64,000 nt of DNA from Alphaproteobacteria bacterium (lineage in GTDB: Bacteria > Pseudomonadota > Alphaproteobacteria > SP197). The notes under the pieces are model-generated. The model had not been told where the DNA came from, searched no databases, and was given only the letters and a program-made list of their open reading frames with translations. The DNA lies in the NCBI GenBank assembly GCA_964291265.2, contig OZ219747.1:3552001-3616000 (forward strand), in the 5' to 3' direction. The translations under genes were made by a program, and so were the position numbers. How positions within the stretch are numbered: position 1 is the first letter of the stretch; the number at the start of each line of letters is the position of its first letter. This document shows positions 50,758-60,931 of this stretch, piece after piece.

Positions 50758-51660
50758 TCACGATCCAGGCTCCTCTGCGCCAGACCGGTCACGTCTCAAG
50801 GCCTGACACAGACAATGGACACCGCCACCGCCCAGCGTGAACATGGACATGTCCGGATCGAACACCTCGAAACCCATCGCCCGCAACCGGTCGTTCAGCA
50901 CGGCACTGTGCTGCATCGACAGGATCCTGTCGTTGCCCAGGGCCACCAGGTTGACGCCGAGGTTCTTGGCCTCCCGGTATCCCACATCGACAAACTCGAA
51001 CCCTCTGCCGCGCAACCAGGCGACGAGCCAGTCCTCCAGGGCGTCGAGGCAGGAAACCAAGAGTCCGGACGCCAGCGGAACGACGAGTCCGTCCATGTGG
51101 ACGAACTCGCGCGATATCGGCGCCACCTGCGCTTCCCATCCTTCCTGGCGCACCCAGTCGGCAACCTGCTCGGCGCCTTCCTTCTCCGAGCGCTCGCCGC
51201 AGTAGCCGATCAGCACACAGCCGGGTCTCAGGATGACAAAGTCACCTCCCTCGAAATGACCGGCTGTCACGAGACGCCAGATCGGAATGTCGTTGTCCTG
51301 GTAGAATCTGATGGCCGTCACGTAATCGGCGCGCCTGCACTTCAACTGCATGTGGCAGATCAGCGCACCCCAGGGTGTCATCGCGCTTGAATCGCGGGCA
51401 AAGAAGTTCCGATGCAGCACCTCGTCGGAATCGAGGTAGTGGCAGGTCACGCCCGCTTCCTCGTAGATGCGGACCATCTCGGCATGCTGCGCCATGGCTG
51501 TCTGAAGATTGAAGGCGAGGCCGGTATGGCCCTGGTTCTGCAGGGTGCGCTGCGTGATCGGACCGGCGTCAACCCAGCGGAAGTACTCGGGACGGCCGAG
51601 CAGGACATCGCGCAAGGGACCGTAGTCGTTGTCGATACCCCAGGCTGCGGCGTGCGTCAT
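50758..51660 (-). CDS. Amidinotransferase/DDAH/arginine deiminase (pentein) family
   Basis: FARD, FEGGD, HMD, GGGVHC. Confidence 0.88.
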   Translation of the reverse strand: MTHAAAWGIDNDYGPLRDVLLGRPEYFRWVDAGPITQRTLQNQGHTGLAFNLQTAMAQHAEMVRIYEEAGVTCHYLDSDEVLHRNFFARDSSAMTPWGALICHMQLKCRRADYVTAIRFYQDNDIPIWRLVTAGHFEGGDFVILRPGCVLIGYCGERSEKEGAEQVADWVRQEGWEAQVAPISREFVHMDGLVVPLASGLLVSCLDALEDWLVAWLRGRGFEFVDVGYREAKNLGVNLVALGNDRILSMQHSAVLNDRLRAMGFEVFDPDMSMFTLGGGGVHCLCQALRRDRSGAEEPGS

Positions 51661-51744
51661 GGCACCCACCCGTCGCTGTTCTTGTGTGGCGTTGATCCTG
51701 CGATCACTTTCAGTTAGATAAAATATCAAATGAAGAATGATAAT

Positions 51745-52677
51745 ATGTCAAAGAGTGCAAGCAAAACGCGAGCGCCGCGCCTGCACAAGGCAGACCTCCA
51801 TCTCCTCATGGTCTTCATGACGGTTGTGGAATGTGGCGGATTCGCTGCTGCGCAGGTCACGCTCAATGTCAGCCAGTCGACCATCAGCCGACAGATCGGC
51901 AATCTGGAGCAGCGCCTCGGCATGCGCCTGTGCCAGCGCGGACGAGCCGGCTTCTTCCTGACCGACAAGGGACGGACCGTCTACGAGGCATGCCAGCATC
52001 TTTCGACCGCGCTCGAGAGCTTTCGCACCACGGTAGGCGCCTTGCGCGGTGAACTGGTCGGTGATCTTTCGATCGCCGTGATCGACAACTGGGCGACCGA
52101 CCGCGGCTATCCACTGGCCGACGTTCTGTCGACCTTCAGGGCGAGAGCGCGAAGGGTCCACATACACTTGCACACACTGGCGCCCGACGAGATAGAGCGC
52201 GCCGTACTGGAAAACAGAGTGAACCTGGGAATCGGCGTGTTTCACCGGCACCGCCCTGGACTGGAGTACGAGGTGCTCTATGAAGACCCGGTCGAACTCT
52301 ACTGTGGTGCGAACCACCCGTTGTTCGACCGGAGTTCCCTCCGAGCAAGCGACCTTGAGAACGCAAACCTGGCGCACCGCGCCTATCTGTCAGAGGGCCA
52401 TGTGGCGCCGCTCACGGCGCACCTGCCGTCGTCCGCATCGGCGCGCCAGATCGAGGGCCTGGCATTCTTCATTCTTTCGGGCTGGCACGTTGGCTACCTG
52501 CCCGTTTCCTATGCCGAACGATGGGTCACTGCCGGACGCATGAGGAGTATCCTGCCGACCGTCTTCCGCCGCACGACGCTGATGGAGCTTGCCACACGCC
52601 GGGGTGTCACACCGACTCTCGTAAGCCAGACTTTCGCGGACATACTGCGGCAGACCACCGAGTCCTTGCGAAGCTGA
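51745..52677 (+). CDS. LysR-family transcriptional regulator
   Basis: F..VVECGGFAAAQ..LNVSQSTISRQI..LE.RLG..L; divergent from the pentein gene. Confidence 0.92.
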   Translation: MSKSASKTRAPRLHKADLHLLMVFMTVVECGGFAAAQVTLNVSQSTISRQIGNLEQRLGMRLCQRGRAGFFLTDKGRTVYEACQHLSTALESFRTTVGALRGELVGDLSIAVIDNWATDRGYPLADVLSTFRARARRVHIHLHTLAPDEIERAVLENRVNLGIGVFHRHRPGLEYEVLYEDPVELYCGANHPLFDRSSLRASDLENANLAHRAYLSEGHVAPLTAHLPSSASARQIEGLAFFILSGWHVGYLPVSYAERWVTAGRMRSILPTVFRRTTLMELATRRGVTPTLVSQTFADILRQTTESLRS

Positions 52678-52936
52678 TGCCGGCAGTCATTGGCGGACAG
52701 CCCCGTTCATTGCCGCTCCACTACCAACCTTGTGAACTTCCGTTGGATCGTCCCCAGAACTGCGGAAGTTGGTCAATCGTGCCGGGTTTGGCAACCCGGA
52801 TGCACTCAGGAGGATTCCGGACCAGCACAGGCGTCTGCAACTCAACCCGATTTCCGTGTCCATGGATTCCTTCTGAATGTGATCCACCCGAGTTGGTCGT
52901 CATCACTGTGTCGCAGAACAGGGGGAGGACACGATC

Positions 52937-53697
52937 ATGCCCAGAGCCATGGACATCGGTGAGTCTCGTTCGCGTACCGACAACTGTGATCGGACGCGGC
53001 GATGGGAAACTGCCTGCTGTCGGCTTCAGCCTGACGACCATGGCGTTCGGCCCGGGCGGCATGTGCGCCCAGGAATCGCCGCCGGTCGATGATTCGCCGC
53101 AGGTGTTCGATTGGCGCAATCCTGAGTTGTCCGAATTCTGTGTGCCTCGTGTGGATGCGTATGGGCCGACGTCGGCATTCGCCCTGTTGCCGACAGAAGA
53201 AGATCAAGCGCTGCAGCAACTGCGGATCAGATGTCGTACCGTCGCCCATCCGTGCGTCGGCAGAGCGCGTGCGCTGGCGCGACGCCGGCATGCTGCGACC
53301 GATCGACCGGGCGGTTGACCCACGTCCCGGATGTCTTCCCGAGCATGAAGACCTGCCGGGCAGCATCGACGAGGATGGTCTGACCTGCTTCTTCGCGGCC
53401 GACTGCGGCAACTTGTCGGTGCTGTGCCACTCCGGTCCGGCACTAGAGCAAGTCGACATGGAAGACCGGAAGAACGAATCGTGGGCCATCCTTTTCGATG
53501 AAGAGTATGCCGAGCGCCTCGGCATCTTGGATTCGATCGGCGGCCTCGTCGCCGTCATCGGTTCGTTGATCGGTGCCGCATGGGAGGAGGCGACGAAGCT
53601 CTTGCTCAAGCAGCGCGAATTCCCGCGCTACCGCCGCAGACGCATTGGCCATCGTGCACCACGCGCGTTGCGGTGCAGGCGATCGCCTGTCGTCTGA
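52937..53697 (+). pseudogene. Possible decayed hypothetical gene
   Basis: GGAGG-ATG at 52937 followed by protein-like segments in different frames; no family recognised. Confidence 0.25.
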
Positions 53698-53885
53698 CCC
53701 GGAGAACTCCTTGCAGAAGGGGGCATCCTGCACATCGGGGCACTTCGGAGCGCTTCACCACTCTTCGTTCCTGTGGTCATGTCATCCCATCACCGGATGA
53801 CTTGTGTGCCAGGGACAAGGCATGTGCTTGCCGGGGCCGTGGCGCGGGTGGCAGAATTCGGCTTCAGGCTGATAGGGAAACTGCG

Positions 53886-54197
53886 ATGTACAGGATCGAT
53901 CCCAGACGCACCGAACTGGCCGATGAATTCCGGCGCAATCCCTTTGGACCGCACAGCGCCGAACTCCAGAAGGTACTCAACGTCATGCGCTGGGAGCCCA
54001 TCGAAGGCAAGTACGTCCTGGTCAACACGGTCCCTCACAGGGAGTGGTGTCTGGCCCAGCTTCCGGGAAAGCGCGGCGTACCCGTGACGCTCCACGAGGA
54101 TGTCGTGTTCACGGACCTCGGCGAGGCCGAGTGGTACATCTTCAGGCTGCGCTGGAAAAAGCACACCGGGGTTGATCCGGACCAGGCCTCTTCATGA
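53886..54197 (+). CDS. N,N-dimethylformamidase small (alpha) subunit-like
   Basis: EF..NP.G.HS..LQ..LN..R...GKYVL...PH.EW.L....RG......F....EAE..IF..RW; ATGA overlap with the next gene. Confidence 0.75.
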   Translation: MYRIDPRRTELADEFRRNPFGPHSAELQKVLNVMRWEPIEGKYVLVNTVPHREWCLAQLPGKRGVPVTLHEDVVFTDLGEAEWYIFRLRWKKHTGVDPDQASS

Positions 54198-56434
54198 CAC
54201 TCGACTACCAGCGACGCCTCCTCGGCTACGCGGACCGTGTCCGTGTGAGGCCGGGCGACGCCATTGATTTCAAGATCAGCCTCGAGGACCACGAGACCTT
54301 CGAGTTCAGGACGGTGCGCATTGTCTGCGGTGTCGAGACTCCGGAGGGCGCTCCCTATCGCGAGGTGGCGGTGGACACGCCGGCCAACGGGATTCACGAC
54401 GGCGCGTATCAGCGCATCGATGCCGGTTCCTACGCGGTCATCCCCACCGCACCGGTTCTTGACCGGCTTTCGACCTTCACGTTCCAGGCCTTCATCATGC
54501 CGACGCTTCCCGGTGACGGACGCCAGGTCGTCATCAGCCGTGGCACGGGTGCCGCACGGCACGGTTTTGCCGTCATTCTTGATGAGGCGGGCGCCCTTGC
54601 CCTGATGGTGGGGGATGGTCATGGACTTCGCACCGTTTCGACCGGGAGACCCCTTCAACCGTGGAAGTGGGCCTTCGTGGCGGCAAGTTACGATGCAGAG
54701 AACGGTTCGGTCACACTGCGCCAGGAACCGCTAGTCCATACCGGCGACACCAGCAGTCCCCTGTGTATCACGGGACATGCGCCACCCGGCGTGATCTTTG
54801 CAGCCGATCACGATCTCCACATGGCCGCCTGGCAGACAGGGTGGCACGAGGATGGCAGACCCCGCATGGTCGGACACTTCAACGGGCGCATCGACAGTCC
54901 GCGCCTTGCCTCGAGGGTTCTCGAAGGCCACGAGATGGCGGCACTGACGAGGCCCCGACCGATACCGGAAGACTGGCTCGTCGGCGCCTGGGACTTCGCG
55001 GCGAACATCTCCGGCGACACCTTCCCCGACCATTCCGGCAACCTGCTCGACGGCCATCTTGTCAACCTGCCGTCGCGAGGAGTGACCGGACGCCAGTGGG
55101 ATGGATCCTGCCATGACTGGAGGGAGTGTCCCGACCATTACGCCGCCGTCCACTTTCACGACGACGATCTTTTCGATGCCGGCTGGCAGACCACCGTCTC
55201 CATGACCGTTCCCGAATCCCTTGCCAGCGGAATCTATGCCGCGCATTGCCAGGCAGGCGATGACGCGTGCCAAGTTCCCTTCGTCGTCGTGCCCGGACAC
55301 GGAGCACCGAGGGAGCGCATCGCCTTTCTCGCTTCAACGGCTACCTGGCTCGCCTATGCCAACAACCACTGGCAGCTCGACGAGGAGAAGGCGGAGGTAA
55401 AGCGCGGGCGCATCATTGCCTACAGCCCCGACGAGCTCTTCCTCCATGAACGGCGCGATCTCGGCCTTTCGACCTACGATACGCATCGTGACGGATCGGG
55501 TGTGTTCTACAGTTCACGGCTGCGGCCCCTGGTCAACAACTACAGCCCGAAATCGACCATCTGGAGTTTCAACGCGGACACGCACGTCACGGACTGGCTG
55601 GAGGCCTCCGATATCCCGTTTGACGTCGTCACGGACGAGGACATTCACGAGGACGGTATCGCAGCCCTGTGCGACTATCGGGTCGTCATGACCGGAACTC
55701 ACCCTGAATACTGGACGACCGACATGCTGGATGCGCTGGTCGCCTACTTCGATCGTGGCGGCAGGCTCATGTACCTGGGTGGCAACGGGTTCTACTGGCG
55801 CATTGCCTGTCATCCCACTCGGGGCGGCGAGGCCATCGAGGTGCGTCGAGCGGAGTCGGGAGCGCGTTTCTGGGCTTCCCGCCCGGGCGAATACCACCTT
55901 TCCTTCAGCGGCGAGAGAGGAGGATTGTGGAAACACATTGGTCGGCCTCCGCAGTCGATCGTCGGTGTCGGCACCTTCGCCACTGGTTTCGATCGATCGG
56001 GCTGGTTCGTCAAGAAACCCGGAATCGATGACAACCCCCGGGCCTCCTGGATCTTCGAGGGTGTCAAGGGCGACATCATCGGCGATTTCGGCGTGCTGGG
56101 TGGCGGAGCGGCCGGCATCGAACTCGACGGTGCCGACGAGGCGCTGGGCACGCCGCCGGAGACCATCGTGCTGGCGAGTTCGGACGGACATTCCGCCTAC
56201 TACATGCAGTCACCCGACGAAATCGTCTTCAACCATGCGGCCGTCACCGGGGACGCCAATCCCAGGGTGCGTGCCGACATGGTGTACGTCGCTCTGCCAT
56301 CGGGCGGCGGTGTCTTTTCCACGGGCTCCATCAGCTGGGCCGCAAGCCTTGGCTGGAACGGCTACGACAACAACGTGGCGCGGATCACCGGCAATGTGGT
56401 GCGCCGGTTCGCCGCCGACGCGGCCCTGCCCTGA
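54194..56434 (+). CDS. N,N-dimethylformamidase large (beta) subunit-like, copy 1
   Basis: LamG-like insert; HFHDDD, LAYAN, GLSTYD.H.DGSG, HPEYW, YLGGNGFYW, G.E.D, VFSTGSI. Confidence 0.88.
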   Translation: MTLDYQRRLLGYADRVRVRPGDAIDFKISLEDHETFEFRTVRIVCGVETPEGAPYREVAVDTPANGIHDGAYQRIDAGSYAVIPTAPVLDRLSTFTFQAFIMPTLPGDGRQVVISRGTGAARHGFAVILDEAGALALMVGDGHGLRTVSTGRPLQPWKWAFVAASYDAENGSVTLRQEPLVHTGDTSSPLCITGHAPPGVIFAADHDLHMAAWQTGWHEDGRPRMVGHFNGRIDSPRLASRVLEGHEMAALTRPRPIPEDWLVGAWDFAANISGDTFPDHSGNLLDGHLVNLPSRGVTGRQWDGSCHDWRECPDHYAAVHFHDDDLFDAGWQTTVSMTVPESLASGIYAAHCQAGDDACQVPFVVVPGHGAPRERIAFLASTATWLAYANNHWQLDEEKAEVKRGRIIAYSPDELFLHERRDLGLSTYDTHRDGSGVFYSSRLRPLVNNYSPKSTIWSFNADTHVTDWLEASDIPFDVVTDEDIHEDGIAALCDYRVVMTGTHPEYWTTDMLDALVAYFDRGGRLMYLGGNGFYWRIACHPTRGGEAIEVRRAESGARFWASRPGEYHLSFSGERGGLWKHIGRPPQSIVGVGTFATGFDRSGWFVKKPGIDDNPRASWIFEGVKGDIIGDFGVLGGGAAGIELDGADEALGTPPETIVLASSDGHSAYYMQSPDEIVFNHAAVTGDANPRVRADMVYVALPSGGGVFSTGSISWAASLGWNGYDNNVARITGNVVRRFAADAALP

Positions 56435-56459
56435 ATCACCGGTTGGAAGGAGGACAGAC

Positions 56460-58667
56460 ATGCGACGGCTTCTCGGATATGCCGACAAGATCAGCGTCAA
56501 GCCCGGCGAGGCCATCGACTTCAAGGTATCCAGCGAGGACGAAGGCACCTTCCACCTCGACATCCTCCGCATTCGTTGCGGTGACGATACCCTCAACGGC
56601 CCGGGTCTCAAGGAGACGCCTGTCGAAGCCCGGGTGAACGGCGACTACCCGGCCCGTTTCCAGAGGACACAGGTCGGCTCCTTCGTCGCGATCGATCATC
56701 CCCGAATACCGGCTCCGCAGAGCTTCACGCTGCAGGCGATGGTGTGGCCGACACTCCTCACGAAGGAAGGGCAACAGACCATCATGGGCTCCTGGCATGC
56801 CAGGCACCGCCAAGGCTATGCGCTCGGCGTCATCGACGGGAAACTCTCCCTTGCAATCGGCGACGGCAAGCGGATTGAAACGTTGGTCTCGTCCGCCGCC
56901 ATGCATGAACGCCACTGGTATTTCGTGGCTGCGACATTCGATTCCACGAGAGGCGAGGCCACCCTCATCCAGGAACCTCTCGTGCGCTATGCCGGCGATG
57001 CCGACAGCGCACGAACGGCACGCACCATGGACGTTCGACCAGGGCACGGCGGCAGATTCACGATTGCCGGCCACAACACCGACGACGGCGTCAGCGGTCT
57101 CTTCAATGGCAAGATCGACACGCCGGCGGTCACAGGGCGAGTGATTGAACGCGGTCAGATGGAACAGCTGCTGGATCGGCGTATTCCTCCTGACATTGCC
57201 GCCGATGTGGTGGCCTTGTGGGACTTCAGCCGCGAAATGAATGGCGTGACGGCCCACGACATCTCGCCGAACCGGTTCCACGGCACCATCGTCAACATGC
57301 CGACGCGAGCCATGAAGGGGTGGAATCACGACGGCAGCGACATGGTCTGGACCCATCGGCCGGATCACTACGGCGCCATTCATTTCCACGATGACGACCT
57401 CCATGACTGCGCCTGGGAAACGGATGCCACCTGGCAGGTGCCGGCCGACTGCCGTAGCGGCTCGTTTGCCGCGTTCCTGACCCAGGGTGACCAGTGGTTC
57501 TACATTCCCTTCTATGTTCGCCCGCCGACAGGGCGTCCGGGGGCCCGCCTGGCCCTGCTGATTGCCACCTGCAGCTACTACGCCTACGTCAACCACCACA
57601 TGGGGATCGGATGGGGTGACATGGGCGAGCACGCGGACAACGCCTTCAGCGTGATCGACATGACCGATATCCATCTTCACATGCACCCGGAGCACGGCCT
57701 GTCGATGTATGACAACCACAGCGACGGCTCCGGTGTCGCCTATGCCTCGCGTCTCAGGCCATTTCTGCGCATGGGGTCACGCGACAGCGTCTGGCAGTAC
57801 AACGCCGACACCCACATCACCGACTGGCTCGAGGAACAGGGGATCGCTTTCGATGTCATCACCGACGATGACCTCGACGCCGAAGGCGTGGCCCTTCTCG
57901 AACCCTACACCTGCATCATGACGACGACTCATCCCGAGTACACCACCACGGGAATGATGAAAGCCCTGCTTCACTACCAGCAACGGGGCGGCCGATTCAT
58001 CTACATGGGCGGCAACGGATTCTACTGGAGAGTGGCTCTTCACCCTCACCTTCCCGGAGTCATGGAAATGCGGCGGGCCGAAGACGGCATGCGCAGCTGG
58101 ATTGCCTCGCCGGGCGAGTATGTCATGAGCTTCAACGGAGAACTCGGCGGCCTGTGGCGGCGCAACGGGATGAGTCCAGAGTCGATCTGCGGCACCGGCT
58201 TCGCCGCCCAGGGGTTCAATTTCTCCCGCCCCTACACGCGAACCCCCGCAAGCGAAGATCCCCGGGCCGCCTGGATCTTCGAAGGCATCGGCCGCGATGA
58301 AAGGATCGGTGACTTCGGATCCGTCTTCGGCGGTGCCGCCGGAAGCGAGATCGACAGTGTCGATCCGCAAGAAGGCACGCCACCCCACGCCCTCGTCGTC
58401 GCCGAGGCCACCGATTTCGCTGTCGATTTTCACTGGGTCAACGAGGAGTTTCTTCACACGCATTCGGCCGTCAACGGAGAGAACTGCCCCCACGTGCGTT
58501 GCGACATGGTGTTCTACGAGACACCCAACGGCGGCGCGGTCTTCTCGACCAGCTCCATCGCCTTTGCCGGTTCCCTGGCCCACAACGGCTACGCCAACAA
58601 CGTCAGCCGCCTGCTCTCCAATGTCGTCAACCGCTTCCTCGACCCCGAACCCATCCCGCCTCCCTGA
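56460..58667 (+). CDS. N,N-dimethylformamidase large (beta) subunit-like, copy 2
   Basis: Same motifs: HFHDDD, YAYVN, GLSMYD.H.DGSG, HPEY, YMGGNGFYW, G.EID; ATG 56460 follows GGAGG. Confidence 0.88.
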   Translation: MRRLLGYADKISVKPGEAIDFKVSSEDEGTFHLDILRIRCGDDTLNGPGLKETPVEARVNGDYPARFQRTQVGSFVAIDHPRIPAPQSFTLQAMVWPTLLTKEGQQTIMGSWHARHRQGYALGVIDGKLSLAIGDGKRIETLVSSAAMHERHWYFVAATFDSTRGEATLIQEPLVRYAGDADSARTARTMDVRPGHGGRFTIAGHNTDDGVSGLFNGKIDTPAVTGRVIERGQMEQLLDRRIPPDIAADVVALWDFSREMNGVTAHDISPNRFHGTIVNMPTRAMKGWNHDGSDMVWTHRPDHYGAIHFHDDDLHDCAWETDATWQVPADCRSGSFAAFLTQGDQWFYIPFYVRPPTGRPGARLALLIATCSYYAYVNHHMGIGWGDMGEHADNAFSVIDMTDIHLHMHPEHGLSMYDNHSDGSGVAYASRLRPFLRMGSRDSVWQYNADTHITDWLEEQGIAFDVITDDDLDAEGVALLEPYTCIMTTTHPEYTTTGMMKALLHYQQRGGRFIYMGGNGFYWRVALHPHLPGVMEMRRAEDGMRSWIASPGEYVMSFNGELGGLWRRNGMSPESICGTGFAAQGFNFSRPYTRTPASEDPRAAWIFEGIGRDERIGDFGSVFGGAAGSEIDSVDPQEGTPPHALVVAEATDFAVDFHWVNEEFLHTHSAVNGENCPHVRCDMVFYETPNGGAVFSTSSIAFAGSLAHNGYANNVSRLLSNVVNRFLDPEPIPPP

Positions 58668-58827
58668 CCGCGCCTGGAGAGGAATGCAGGCCCTCGGCGG
58701 CCTGCCACGTCACGTTCCGGTGCCGATACGGCAGACCACTGCTGCCGCGCTGGGCCCGTGCCCGAGTCGCCGCCTTGCGATTGCAACTGGTCATGTCCGG
58801 GGAAACGGGTAGGCGTGTCCCCGCTCG

Positions 58828-60915
58828 TCAGAACGGTTCCTGGCGGGGGACAACAAGAACATCCAGGCCGATGGCGCCTGAGTCCGTGATGAGGAGTGGA
58901 TTGACGTCGAGCGCTTCGAGGTGGGAACCGAGTTCGAGAGCCATGGCCGAGACCTTCATGACGGCATCGACGAGAGCACCGGAACCGACCGCGGCATGGC
59001 CGCGCCATCCCGCGAGGAGTCGAGTGAGCTTCAGGCCCGCAAGGGTTTCCTCCACCTCCTGGCGCGAAACGGGTGGATGGAAGGCCGCCACGTCATCGAT
59101 GAGCTCGACGAGAACACCACCGGCGCCGGCAAGAACGACGGGGCCGAACTGGTGGTCGCGGGAGATCCCCACCATGGCTTCGATGCCGTCTGTGGCCATG
59201 GCTGCCACCATGCAGCGCGGCCCCAGGTTCCCGGTCATGGTTCTCCACGCATGGACGAGGCCTTCTTCATCGGCAATGCCGACCACGACTCCTCCGACTT
59301 CGGACTTGTGGGTGATGCCCGGCATGGCCGTCTTGAGAACGACGGGAAAGCCGATCCTTCCTGCCGCCTTGCGGGCGCTTTCTTCGCTGTCGACGAGCGC
59401 ATGGCGCGGCGCCGCGATACCGTAGTCGTCAAGAAGCGCCAGACCGGTCGCCTCGTCGGCGTCGCGCAACCGGTCCCGCCAGCGGAGCATTCGCTCCCTG
59501 TCAGGAGTATAGGGCGGTTCGGCAGGACGCCGTCGCCAGTCCCGCCGCCAGAAGGCATGGGAGATGGCCTTGAGACCCGGAATGCTCCCGTCGAGGACAG
59601 GCAGGTCATGATTGTGTGTCAAGTCCCAGGCAAGATCATGGTGGTCGCTGCCGGAGTGGTTCGTGATGAGCGCCACGGGTTTCGTTGTCGTCGAGGCCGC
59701 AGCCAGGCAGGCGTGGGCGCAGGCGCGGCTGTAGCAGTTGTGTTGCGACACGTCGAGGAAGAAGGCCCCCACAGCGGTTGACGGGTCATGCATGAGCGCG
59801 GCGAAGCAGTCGCGCATGACGCCGTCGTGATCGACGCCTGTTCCGAAGGCATCGCAGGGGTTTTCCGCCTCGAGGCCGTAGTCGAGGCGTTCTCCGAGAC
59901 GTGCTCTCGTCTTCTCGCCGATGACGGCAAACGGAACGCCGAGATCGCTGGCAAGATCGCAGATCATCTCGCGCTCGCCGCCGGAATCGTGAATCGTCGC
60001 CAGGGCGCCGTCTCCGACATCCCTCGCCCGGGCAAGCAGCAAGGAGGTGGCGATGAGTTCATCGATCGTCGAGGCGCGCAGAACGCCGTGTTTCCGGAAG
60101 ACGGCATCGATGGTCCGGTCATCGCCGGCAAGGGCGCCTGTATGGCTTACCGCCATACGGGCCGCCATGTCGGAACGGCCCGCCTTGAGCGCCACCACGG
60201 GTACGTCCTTCGCCTGCGCCTTGCGGAGGACTGCTTCAAACCCCTGCGGATCGCGAACCGTCTCGAGAAAAAGGGTCAGCACCCGTGCCGTGCCGAGTTC
60301 GAGAGCATAGTCCATGTAGTCGACGACCGTTGCCGAGGTTTCCCGACCGACGGACGCCGCAAGATTCGGTTTCAGGCGACTCCCCGCGAGGCAGCCGAAA
60401 ACCGATCCCGACTGTGCCAGCACCGTGATGTGTCCAGGATCAAGCTGGGGGAAGCGGTAGGAGTTGACGTGGACCGCAGCCTCGTAGTTGCAGAAACCCA
60501 TGCAGTTGACACCGATGGAAGGAACATCAGCCTCGCGCAGCATCGCTGCGAGACGCTCGGCCAGTTCCGGTTCCCTGTCGTCCGGAACGACACAACTGCC
60601 GAAGATCGCCACCGCCCTGACACCGGCTTCGACGGCCGCTGTCACCTGATCCTCGACACGGGCGTCGCTCACCGCCATGACAGCAAGATCGATGGGACCC
60701 GGCAGGTCTGCCAGAGACGGATGGCAGACCTCTCCGGCAACCTCGCCATAGCGCGGGTTGACCGGGTAGACCGGTCCGTCAAAGGCGAGATCGCGAAACG
60801 TCTCGACAACGCTGCGTCCCGTCGCATGTTCGCGCGGCGTGGCTCCGACAACCGCCACCGATGACGGCGCAAGAAGAGGCTGAAGCCGATGCGCGATACG
60901 CCGGCGCCGGGTCAT
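58828..60915 (-). CDS. Acetate--CoA ligase (ADP-forming) family, complete with ATP-grasp
   Basis: SVAVVGA, G.NCMG, QSGS, SHTGALAG, GFPVVLK, HKSEVGGV, D.QFGP, DVNPL. Confidence 0.9.
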   Translation of the reverse strand: MTRRRRIAHRLQPLLAPSSVAVVGATPREHATGRSVVETFRDLAFDGPVYPVNPRYGEVAGEVCHPSLADLPGPIDLAVMAVSDARVEDQVTAAVEAGVRAVAIFGSCVVPDDREPELAERLAAMLREADVPSIGVNCMGFCNYEAAVHVNSYRFPQLDPGHITVLAQSGSVFGCLAGSRLKPNLAASVGRETSATVVDYMDYALELGTARVLTLFLETVRDPQGFEAVLRKAQAKDVPVVALKAGRSDMAARMAVSHTGALAGDDRTIDAVFRKHGVLRASTIDELIATSLLLARARDVGDGALATIHDSGGEREMICDLASDLGVPFAVIGEKTRARLGERLDYGLEAENPCDAFGTGVDHDGVMRDCFAALMHDPSTAVGAFFLDVSQHNCYSRACAHACLAAASTTTKPVALITNHSGSDHHDLAWDLTHNHDLPVLDGSIPGLKAISHAFWRRDWRRRPAEPPYTPDRERMLRWRDRLRDADEATGLALLDDYGIAAPRHALVDSEESARKAAGRIGFPVVLKTAMPGITHKSEVGGVVVGIADEEGLVHAWRTMTGNLGPRCMVAAMATDGIEAMVGISRDHQFGPVVLAGAGGVLVELIDDVAAFHPPVSRQEVEETLAGLKLTRLLAGWRGHAAVGSGALVDAVMKVSAMALELGSHLEALDVNPLLITDSGAIGLDVLVVPRQEPF

Positions 60916-60931
60916 GTCCGCCGTGAACCCT

